Below, piece by piece: positions 39,801-51,800 of a DNA stretch of 64,000 nt. The position numbers were made by a program, and so were the translations under genes. Position 1 is the stretch's first letter, and each line of letters starts with the position of its first letter. Source of the DNA: the human T2T-CHM13v2.0 reference genome, Homo sapiens; assembly GCF_009914755.1 (NCBI RefSeq), contig NC_060944.1, one strand, 5' to 3'. The notes under the pieces were generated by a model. That model saw only the letters and a program-made list of their open reading frames with translations, searched no databases and was not told the origin of the DNA.

Positions 39801-42800
39801 AGTAGTTTCTCAGAACGCTGCTGTCTGCTTTTTATATGTATTCCCGTTTCCAACGAAATCGTCAAAGCCAGCCAAATATCCACTTGCAGGTTCCACAGAA
39901 AGAGTGTTTCAAAACTGCTCTCTCAAAAGACATGTTCAACTCTGTCAGTTTAGGACACACATCACAAAGAAGTTTCTGAGAATGCTTCTGTCTAGTTTTT
40001 ATGGGAAGATATTTCCTTTTTCACCATAGGCCTCAAAGCGCTCCAAATGTCCACTTCCAGGGAATGGAAAAAGAGTGTTTCCAACCTGCTCTATGAAAGA
40101 CAATGTTCAACTCCGTGACTTGAATGCAACCATCACAAAGAAGTTTCTGAGAATGCTTCTGTCTAGGTTTTATATGAAGATATTCCCGTTTCCAACGAAA
40201 TCCTCAAAGCTATCCAAATATCCACTTGGAGATTCTACAAAAAGAGTGTTTCAAAACTGCTCTATCAAAGGAAAGGTTCTACTCTGTCAGTTGAGGACAC
40301 ACATCACGAGTAAGTTTCTGACAATGCTTCTGTCTAGTTTTTAAGGGAAGATATGTCCTTTTTCACCTTAGGCCGGAAAGCGCTCCAAAAGTCCAGTTAC
40401 AGACACTACAAAAACAGTGTTTCAAACCTGCTCTGTGAAAGGGAATGTTCAATTCTGTGACTTGAATGCAAACATCACAAAGAAATTGCTGAGAATGCTG
40501 CTGTCTGCTTTTTATACCTTATCGCGTTTCCAACGAAATCCTCAAATCCAGCCAAATATCCACTTGCAGACTCCACAAAAAGAGTGTTTCAAAACTATAC
40601 TCTCCAAAGAAATGTTCAACTCTGTTAGTTGAGGACACACATCAGAGACTAGCTTCTGAGAATGCTTCTGTCCAGTTGTTATGGGAAGATATTTCCTTTT
40701 TCAACATAGGCCTGAAACCGCTTCAAATGTCCACTTCCAGATACTGCAAAGAGAGTGTTTCAAACCTTCTCTACGAAAGGGCATGTTCTCCTCAGTGACG
40801 TCAATGCAAACATCCCAAAGAAGTTTCTGAGAATGCTTCTGTCTGGATTTTATCTGAAGACAATCCCGTTTCCAACGAAATCCTCAAAGATATGCAAATA
40901 TGCTCCTGCAGATTCTACAAAAAGAGTGTTTCAAAACTGCTCTATGAATAGAAAGGTTCGACTCTGTTAGTAGAGGGCACACATCACAAACAAGTTGCCG
41001 AGAATGCTTCTGTCTGGTTTTTATGGGAAGATATTTCCTTTTCCAACACAAGCCTGAATGCGCTCCAAATGGACACTTCCAGATACGACAAAAGGAGTGT
41101 TTCAAACCTGTTCTGTGAAAGGGAACGTTCCATTCTGTGACTTGAATGCAAACATCACCAAGTAGTTTCTCAGAACGCTGCTGTCTGCTTTTTATATGTA
41201 TTCCCGTTTCCAACGAAATCGTCAAAGCCAGCCAAATATCCACTTGCAGGTTCCACAAAAAGAGTGTTTCAAACTGCTCTCTCAAAAGACATGTTCAACT
41301 CTGTCAGTTGAGGACAAACATCAAAAAGATGTTTCTGAGAATGCTTCTGTCTAGTTTTTATGGGAAGATATTTCCTTTTTCACCATAGGCCTCAAAGCGC
41401 TCCAAATGTCCACTTCCAGGGAATGGAAAAAGAGTGTTTCCAACCTGCTCTATGAAAGCCAATGTTCAACTCCGTGACTTGAATGCAACCATCACAAGGA
41501 AGTTTCTGAGAATGCTTCTGTCTAGGTTTTATATGAAGATATTCCCGTTTCCAACGAAATCCTCAAAGCTATCCAAATATCCACTTGGAGATTCTACAAA
41601 AAGAGTGTTTCAAAACTGCTCTATCAAAAGAAAGGTTCTACTCCGTCAGTTGAGGACACACATCACGAGTAAGTTTCTGACAATGCTTCTGTCTAGTTTT
41701 TATGGGAAGATATGTCTTTTTCACCTTAGGCCGGAAAGCGCTCCAAAAGTCCAGTTACAGACACTACAAAAAGAGTGTTTCAAACCTGCTCTGTGAAAGG
41801 GAATGTTCAATTCTGTGACTTGAATGCAAACATCACAAAGAAGTTGCTGAGAATGCTGCTGTCTGCTTTTTAAACCTTAATCCGTTTCCAACGAAATCCT
41901 CAAATCCAGCCAAATATCCACTTGCAGACTCCACAAAAAGACTGTTTCAAAACTGTACTTTCAAAAGAAATGTTCAACTCTGTTAGTTGAGGACACACAT
42001 GAGAGACTAGCTTCTGAGAATTCTTCTGTCCAGTTGTTACGGGAAGATATTTCCTTTTTCAACTTAGGCCTGAAACCGCTTCAAATGTCCGCTTCCAGAT
42101 AATGCAGTGAGAGTGTTTCAAACCTTCTCTACGAAAGGGCATGTTCTCCTCTGTGACGTCAATGCAAACATCCCAAAGAAGTTTCTGAGAATGATTCTGT
42201 CTGGATTTTATCTGAAGACAATCCCGTTTCCAAAGAAATCCTCAAAGATATGCAAATATGCTCCTGCAGATTCTACAAAAAGAGTGTTTCACAACTGCTC
42301 TATGAAAAGAAAGGTTCGACTCTGTTAGTAGAGGGCACACATCACAAAGAAGTTGCCGAGAATGCTTCTGTCTGATTTTTATGGGAAGATATTTCCTTTT
42401 CCAACACAAGCCTGAATGCACTCCAAATGGACACTTCCAGATACGACAAAAGGAGTGTTTCAAACCTGTTCTGTGAAAGGGAACGTTCCATTCTGTGACT
42501 TGAATGCAAACATCACCAAGTAGTTTCTCAGAACGCTGCTGTCTGCTTTTTATATGTATTCCCGTTTCCAACGAAATCGTCAAAGCCAGCCAAATATCCA
42601 CTTGCAGGTTCCACAGTAAGAGTGTTTCAAAACTGCTCTCTCAAAAGACATGTTCAACTCTGTCAGTTGAGGACACACATCACAATGAAGTTTCTGAGAA
42701 TGCTTCTGTCTAGTTTTTATGGGAAGATATTTCCTTTTTCACCATAGACCTCAAAGCGCTCCAAATGTCCACTTCCAGGGAATGGAAAAAGAGTGTTTCC

Positions 42801-45800
42801 AACCTACTGTATGAAAGCCAATGTTCAACTCTGTGACTTGAATGCAACCATCACAAGGAAGGTTCTGAGAATGCTTCTGTCTAGGTTTTATATGAAGATA
42901 TTCCCGTTTCCAACGAAATCCTCAAAGCTACCCAAATATCCACTTGGAGATTCTACAAAAAGAGTGTTTCAAAACTGCTCTATCAAAAGAAAGGTTCTAC
43001 TCCGTCAGTTGAGGACACACATCACGAGTAAGTTTCTGACAATGCTTCTGTCTAGTTTTTATGGGAAGATATGTCCTTTTTCACCTTAGGCCGGACAGCG
43101 CTCCAAAAGTCCAGTTACAGACACTACAAAAAGAGTGTTTCAAACCTGCTCTGTGAAAGGGAATGTTCAATTCTGTGACTTGAATGCAAACATCACAAAG
43201 AAGTTGCTGAGAATGCTGCTGTCTGCTTTTTATACCTTATCCCGTTTCCAACGAAATCCTGAAATCCAGCCAAATATCCACTTGCAGACTCCACAAAAAG
43301 AGTGTTTCAAAACTGTACTGTCAAAAGAAATGTTCAACTCTGTTAGTTGAGGACACACATCAGAGACTAGCTTCTGAGAATGCTTCTGTCCAGTTGTTAC
43401 GGGAAGATATTTCCTTTTTCAACATAGGCCTGAAACCGCTTCAAATGTCCACTTCCAGATACTGCAAAGAGAGTGTTTCAAACCTTCTCTACGAAAGGGC
43501 ATGTTCTCCTCTGTGACGTCAATGCAAACATCCCAAAGAAGTTTCTGAGAATGCTTCTGTCTGGATTTTGTCTGAAGACAATCCCGTTTCCAAAGAAATC
43601 CTCAAAGATATGCAAATATGCTCCTGCAGATTCTACAAAAAGAGTGTTTCAAAACTTCTCTATGAATAGAAAGGTTTGACTCTGTTAGTAGGGGGCACAC
43701 ATCACAAACAAGTTGCCGAGAATGCTTCAGTCTGGTTTTTATGGGAAGATATTTCCTTTTCCAACACAAGCCTGAATGCGCTCCAAATGGACACTTCCAG
43801 ATACGACAAAAGGAGTGTTTCAAACCTGTTCTGTGAAAGGGAACGTTCCATTCTGTGACTTGAATGCAAACATCACCAAGTAGTTTCTCAGAACGCTGCT
43901 GTCTGCTTTTTATATGTATTCCCGTTTCCAACGAAATCGTCAAAGCCAGCCAAATATCCACTTGCAGGTTCCACAAAAAGAGTGTTTCAAACTGCTCTCT
44001 CAAAAGACATGTTCAACTCTGTCAGTTGAGGACAAACATCAAAAAGATGTTTCTGAGAATGCTTCTGTCTAGTTTTTATGGGAAGATATTTCCTTTTTCA
44101 CCATAGGCCTCAAAGCGCTCCAAATGTCCACTTCCAGGGAATGGAAAAAGAGTGTTTCCAACCTGCTCTATGAAAGCCAATGTTCAACTCCGTGACTTGA
44201 ATGCAACCATCACAAGGAAGTTTCTGAGAATGCTTCTGTCTAGGTTTTATATGAAGATATTCCCGTTTCCAACGAAATCCTCAAAGCTATCCAAATATCC
44301 ACTTGGAGATTCTACAAAAAGAGTGTTTCAAAACTGCTCTATCAAAAGAAAGGTTCTACTCCGTCAGTTGAGGACACACATCACGAGTAAGTTTCTGACA
44401 ATGCTTCTGTCTAGTTTTTATGGGAAGATATGTCTTTTTCACCTTAGGCCGGAAAGCGCTCCAAAAGTCCAGTTACAGACACTACAAAAAGAGTGTTTCA
44501 AACCTGCTCTGTGAAAGGGAATGTTCAATTCTGTGACTTGAATGCAAACATCACAAAGAAGTTGCTGAGAATGCTGCTGTCTGCTTTTTAAACCTTAATC
44601 CGTTTCCAACGAAATCCTCAAATCCAGCCAAATATCCACTTGCAGACTCCACAAAAAGACTGTTTCAAAACTGTACTTTCAAAAGAAATGTTCAACTCTG
44701 TTAGTTGAGGACACACATGAGAGACTAGCTTCTGAGAATTCTTCTGTCCAGTTGTTACGGGAAGATATTTCCTTTTTCAACTTAGGCCTGAAACCGCTTC
44801 AAATGTCCGCTTCCAGATAATGCAGTGAGAGTGTTTCAAACCTTCTCTACGAAAGGGCATGTTCTCCTCTGTGACGTCAATGCAAACATCCCAAAGAAGT
44901 TTCTGAGAATGATTCTGTCTGGATTTTATCTGAAGACAATCCCGTTTCCAAAGAAATCCTCAAAGATATGCAAATATGCTCCTGCAGATTCTACAAAAAG
45001 AGTGTTTCACAACTGCTCTATGAAAAGAAAGGTTCGACTCTGTTAGTAGAGGGCACACATCACAAAGAAGTTGCCGAGAATGCTTCTGTCTGATTTTTAT
45101 GGGAAGATATTTCCTTTTCCAACACAAGCCTGAATGCACTCCAAATGGACACTTCCAGATACGACAAAAGGAGTGTTTCAAACCTGTTCTGTGAAAGGGA
45201 ACGTTCCATTCTGTGACTTGAATGCAAACATCACCAAGTAGTTTCTCAGAACGCTGCTGTCTGCTTTTTATATGTATTCCCGTTTCCAACGAAATCGTCA
45301 AAGCCAGCCAAATATCCACTTGCAGGTTCCACAGTAAGAGTGTTTCAAAACTGCTCTCTCAAAAGACATGTTCAACTCTGTCAGTTGAGGACACACATCA
45401 CAATGAAGTTTCTGAGAATGCTTCTGTCTAGTTTTTATGGGAAGATATTTCCTTTTTCACCATAGACCTCAAAGCGCTCCAAATGTCCACTTCCAGGGAA
45501 TGGAAAAAGAGTGTTTCCAACCTACTGTATGAAAGCCAATGTTCAACTCTGTGACTTGAATGCAACCATCACAAGGAAGGTTCTGAGAATGCTTCTGTCT
45601 AGGTTTTATATGAAGATATTCCCGTTTCCAACGAAATCCTCAAAGCTACCCAAATATCCACTTGGAGATTCTACAAAAAGAGTGTTTCAAAACTGCTCTA
45701 TCAAAAGAAAGGTTCTACTCCGTCAGTTGAGGACACACATCACGAGTAAGTTTCTGACAATGCTTCTGTCTAGTTTTTATGGGAAGATATGTCCTTTTTC

Positions 45801-48800
45801 ACCTTAGGCCGGACAGCGCTCCAAAAGTCCAGTTACAGACACTACAAAAAGAGTGTTTCAAACCTGCTCTGTGAAAGGGAATGTTCAATTCTGTGACTTG
45901 AATGCAAACATCACAAAGAAGTTGCTGAGAATGCTGCTGTCTGCTTTTTATACCTTATCCCGTTTCCAACGAAATCCTGAAATCCAGCCAAATATCCACT
46001 TGCAGACTCCACAAAAAGAGTGTTTCAAAACTGTACTGTCAAAAGAAATGTTCAACTCTGTTAGTTGAGGACACACATCAGAGACTAGCTTCTGAGAATG
46101 CTTCTGTCCAGTTGTTACGGGAAGATATTTCCTTTTTCAACATAGGCCTGAAACCGCTTCAAATGTCCACTTCCAGATACTGCAAAGAGAGTGTTTCAAA
46201 CCTTCTCTACGAAAGGGCATGTTCTCCTCTGTGACGTCAATGCAAACATCCCAAAGAAGTTTCTGAGAATGCTTCTGTCTGGATTTTGTCTGAAGACAAT
46301 CCCGTTTCCAAAGAAATCCTCAAAGATATGCAAATATGCTCCTGCAGATTCTACAAAAAGAGTGTTTCAAAACTTCTCTATGAATAGAAAGGTTTGACTC
46401 TGTTAGTAGGGGGCACACATCACAAACAAGTTGCCGAGAATGCTTCAGTCTGGTTTTTATGGGAAGATATTTCCTTTTCCAACACAAGCCTGAATGCGCT
46501 CCAAATGGACACTTCCAGATACGACAAAAGGAGTGTTTCAAACTTGTTCTGTGAAAGGGAACGTTCCATTCTGTGACTTGAATGCAAACATCACCAAGTA
46601 GTTTCTCAGAATGCTGCTGTGTGCTTTTTATATGTATTCCCGTTTCCAACGAAATCGTCAAAGCCAGCCAAATATCCACTTGCAGGTTCCACAAAAAGAG
46701 TGTTTCAAAACTGCTCTCTCAAAAGACATGTTCAACTCTGTCAGTTGAGGACACACATCACAAAGAAGTTTCTGAGAATGCTTCTGTCTAGTTTTTATGG
46801 GAAGATATTTCCTTTTTCACCATAGGCCTCAAAGCGCTCCAAATGTCCACTTCTAGGGAATGGAAAAAGAGTGTTTCCAACCTGCTCTATGAAAGCCAAT
46901 GTTCGACTCCGTGACTTGAATGCAACCATCACAAGGAAGTTTCTGAGAATGCTTCTGTCTAGGTTTTATATGAAGATATTCCCGTTTCCAACGAAATCCT
47001 CAAAGCTATCCAAATATCCACTTGGAGATTCTACAAAAAGAGTGTTTCAAAACTGCTCTATCAAAAGAAAGGTTCTACTCCGTCAGTTGAGGACACACAT
47101 CACGAGTAAGTTTCTGACAATGCTTCTGTCTAGTTTTTATGGGAAGATATGTCCTTTTTCACCTTAGGCCGGAAAGCGCTCCAAAAGTCCAGTTACAGAC
47201 ACTACAAAAAGAGTGTTTCAAACCTGCTCTGTGAAAGGGAATGTTCAATTCTGTGACTTGAATGCAAACATCACAAAGAAGTTGCTGAGAATGCTGCTGT
47301 CTGCTTTTTATACCTTATCCCGTTTCCAACGAAATCCTCAAATCCAGCCAAATATCCACTTGCAGACTCCACAAAAATAGTGTTTCAAAACTGTACTGTC
47401 AAAAGAAATGTTCAACTCTGTTAGTTGAGGACACACATCAGAGACTAGCTTCTGAGAATGCTTCTGTCCAGTTGTTACGGGAAGATATTTCCTTTTTCAA
47501 CATAGGCCTGAAACCGCTTCAAATGTCCACTTCCAGATACTGCAAAGAGAGTGTTTCAAACCTTCTCTACGAAAGGGCATGTTCTCCTCTGTGACGTCAA
47601 TGCAAACATCGCAAAGAAGTTTCTGAGAATGCTTTTGTCTGGATTTTGTCTGAAGACAATCCCGTTTCCAACGAAATCCTCAAAGATATGCAAATATGCT
47701 CCTGAAGATTCTACAAAAAGAGTGTTTCAAAACTGCTCTATGAATAGAAAGGTTCGACTCTGTTAGTAGAGGGCACACATCACAAACAAGTTGCCGAGAA
47801 TGCTTCTGTCTGGTTTTTATGGGAAGATATTTCCTTTTCCAACACAAGCCTGAATGCGCTCCAAATGGACACTTCCAGATACGACAAAAGGAGTGTTTCA
47901 AACCTGTTCTGTGAAAGGGAACGTTCCATTCTGTGACTTGAATGCAAACATCACCAAGTAGTTTCTCAGAACGCTGCTGTGTGCTTTTTATATGTATTCC
48001 CGTTTCCAACGAAATCGTCAAAGCTAGCCAAATATCCACTTGCAGGTTCCACAAAAAGAGTGTTTCAAAACTGCTCTCTCAAAAGACATGTTCAACTCTG
48101 TCAGTTGAGGACACACATCACAAAGAAGTTTCTGAGAATGCTTCTGTCTAGTTTTTATGGGAAGATATTTCCTTTTTCACCATAGGCCTCAAAGCGCTCC
48201 ACATGTCCACTTCCAGGGAATGGAAAAAGAGTGTTTCCAACCTGCTCTATGAAAGCCAATGTTCAACTCCATGACTTGAATGCAACCATCACAAGGAAGT
48301 TTCTGAGAATGCTTCTGTCTAGGTTTTATATGAAGATATTCCCGTTTCCAACGAAATCCTCAAAGCTATCCAAATATCCACTTGGAGATTCTACAAAAAG
48401 AGTGTTTCAAAACTGCTCTATCAAAAGAAAGGTTCTACTCCGTCAGTTGAGGACACACATCACGAGTAAGTTTCTGACAATGCTTCTGTCTAGTTTTTAT
48501 GGGAAGATATGTCCTTTTTCACCTTAGGCCGGAAAGCGCTCCAAAAGTCCAGTTACAGACACTACAAAAAGAGTGTTTCAAACCTGCTCTGTGAAAGGGA
48601 ATGTTCAGTTCTGTGACATTAATGCAAACATCACAAAGAAATTGCTGAGAATGCTGCTGTCTGCTTTTTATACCTTATCCCGTTTCCAACGAAATCCTCA
48701 AATCCAGCCAAATATCCACTTGCAGACTCCACAAAAAGAATGTTTCAAAACTATACTCTCCAAAGTAATGTTCAACTCTGTTAGTTGAGGACACACATCA

Positions 48801-51800
48801 GAGACTAGCTTCTGAGAATGCTTCTGTCCAGTTGTTACGGGAAGATATTTCCTTTTTCAACATAGGCCTGAAACCGCTTCAAATGTCCACTTCCAGATAC
48901 TGCAAAGAGAGTGTTTCAAACCTTCTCTACGAAAGGGCATGTTCTCCTCAGTGACGTCAATGCAAACATCCCAAAGAAGTTTCTGAGAATGCTTCTGTCT
49001 GGATTTTATCTGAAGACAATCCCGTTTCCAACGAAATCCTCAAAGATATGCAAATATGCTCCTGCAGATTCTACAAAAAGAGTGTTTCAAAACTGCTCTA
49101 TGAAAAGAAAGTTTCGACTGTGTTAGTAGAGGGCACACATCACAAACAAGTTGCCGAGAATGCTTCTGTCTGGTTTTTATGGGAAGATATTTCCTTTTCC
49201 AACACAAGCCTGAATGTGCTCCAAATGGACACTTCCAGATACGACAAAAGGAGTGTTTCAAACCTGTTCTGGGAAAGGGAACGTTCCATTCTGTGACTTG
49301 AATGCAAACATCACCAAGTAGTTTCTCAGAACGCTGCTGTCTGCATTTTATATGTATTCCCGTTTCCAACGAAATCGTCAAAGCCAGCCAAATATCCACT
49401 TGCAGGTTCCACAGAAAGTGTGTTTCAAAACTGCTCTCTCAAAAGACATGTTCAACTCTGTCAGTTGAGGACACACATCACAAAGAAGTTTCTGAGAATG
49501 CTTCTGTCTAGTTTTTATGGGAAGATATTTCCTTTTTCACCATAGGCCTCAAAGCGCTCCAAATGTCCACTTCCAGGGAATGGAAAAAGAGTGTTTCCAA
49601 CCTGCTCTATGAAAGCCAATGTTCAACTCCGTGACTTGAATGCAACCATCACAAGGAAGTTTCTGAGAATGCTTCTGTCTAGGTTTTATATGAAGATATT
49701 CCCGTTTCCAACGAAATCCACAAAGCTATCCAAATATCCACTTGGAGATTCTACAAAAAGAGTGTTTCAAAACTGCTCTATCAAAAGAAAGGTTCTACTC
49801 CATCCGTTGAGGACACACATCACGAGTAAGTTTCTGACAATGCTTCTGTCTAGTTTTTATGGGAAGATATGTCCTTTTTCACCTGAGGCCGGAAAGCGCT
49901 CCAAAAGTCCAGTTACAGACACTACAAAAAGAGTGTTTCAAACCTGCTCTGTGAAAGGGAATGTTCAATTCTGTGACTTGAATGCAAACATCACAAAGAA
50001 ATTGCTGAGAATGCTGCTGTCTGCTTTTTATACCTTATCCCGTTTCCAACGAAATCCTCAAATCCAGCCAAATATCCACTTGCAGACTCCACAAAAAGAA
50101 TGTTTCAAAACTATACTCTCCAAAGTAATGTTCAACTCTGTTAGTTGAGGACACACATCAGAGACTAGCTTCTGAGAATGCTTCTGTCCAGTTGTTACGG
50201 GAAGATATTTCCTTTTTCAACATAGCCCTGAAACCGCTTCAAATGTCCACTTCCAGATACTGCAAAGAGAGTGTTTCAAACCTTCTCTACGAAAGGGCAT
50301 GTTTTCCTCAGTGACGTCAATGCAAACATCCCAAAGAAGCTTCTGAGAATGCTCCTGTCTGGATTTTATCTGAAGACAATCCCGTTTCCAACGAAATCCT
50401 CAAAGATATGCAAATATGCTCCTGCAGATTCTACAAAAAGAGTGTTTCAAAACTGCTCTATGAATAGAAAGGTTCGACTCTGTTAGTAGAGGGCACACAT
50501 CACAAACAAGTTGCCGAGAATGCTTCTGTCTAGTTTTTATGGGAAGATATTTCCTTTTCCAACACAAGCCTGAATGCGCTCCAAATGCACACTTCCAGAT
50601 ACGACAAAAGGAGTGTTTCAAACCTGTTCTGTGAAAGGGAACGTTCCATTCTGTGACTTGAATGCAAACATCACCAAGTAGTTTCTCAGAACGCTGCTGT
50701 CTGCTTTTTATAGGTATTCCCGTTTCCAACGAAATCGTCAAAGCCAGCCAAATATCCACTTGCAGGTTCCACAGAAAGAGTGTTTCAAAACTGCTCTCTC
50801 AAAAGACATGTTCAACTCTGTCAGTTGAGGACACACATCACAAAGAAGTTTCTGAGAATGCTTCTGTCTAGTTTTTATGGGAAGATATTTCCTTTTTCAC
50901 CATAGGCCTCAAAGCGCTCCAAATGTCCACTTCCAGGGAATGGAAAAAGAGTGTTTCCAACCTGCTCTATGAAAGCCAATGTTCAACTCCGTGACTTGAA
51001 TGCAACCATCACAAGGAAGTTTCTGAGAATGCTTCTGTCTAGGTTTTATATGAAGATATTCCCGTTTCCAACGAAATCCTCAAAGCTATCCAAATATCCA
51101 CTTGGAGATTCTACAAAAAGAGTGTTTCAAAACTGCTCTATCAAAAGAAAGGTTCTACTTCGTCAGTTGAGGACACACATCACGAGTAAGTTTCTGACAA
51201 TGCTTCTGTCTAGTTTTTATGGGAAGATATGTCCTTTTTCACCTTAGGCCGGAAAGCGCTCCAAAAGTCCAGTTACAGACACTACAAAAAGAGTGTTTCA
51301 AACCTGCTCTGTGAAAGGGAATGTTCAATTCTGTGACTTGAATGCAAACATCACAAAGAAATTGCTGAGAATGCTGCTGTCTGCTTTTTATACCTTATCG
51401 CGTTTCCAACGAAATCCTCAAATCCAGCCAAATATCCACTTGCAGACTCCACAAAAAGAGTGTTTCAAAACTATACTCTCCAAAGAAATGTTCAACTCTG
51501 TTAGTTGAGGACACACATCAGAGACTAGCTTCTGAGAATGCTTCTGTCCAGTTGTTACGGGAAGATATTTCCTTTTTCAACATAGGCCTGAAACCGCTTC
51601 AAATGTCCACTTCCAGATACTGCAAAGAGTGTGTTTCAAACCTTCTCTACGAAAGGGCATGTTCTCCTCAGTGACGTCAATGCAAACATCCCAAAGAAGT
51701 TTCTGAGAATGCTTCTGTCTGGATTTTATCTGAAGACAATCCCGTTTCCAACGAAATCCTCAAAGATATGCAAATATGCTCCTGCAGATTCTACAAAAAG

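Noticed and set aside
5536-40955. Apparent clustering of junctions (5.6, 19.3, 30.2, 40.9 kb) in the same third of the HOR
   Set aside because: Too few events and wide intervals; the 2717 bp duplication junction (~25.0-25.7 kb) falls in a different phase
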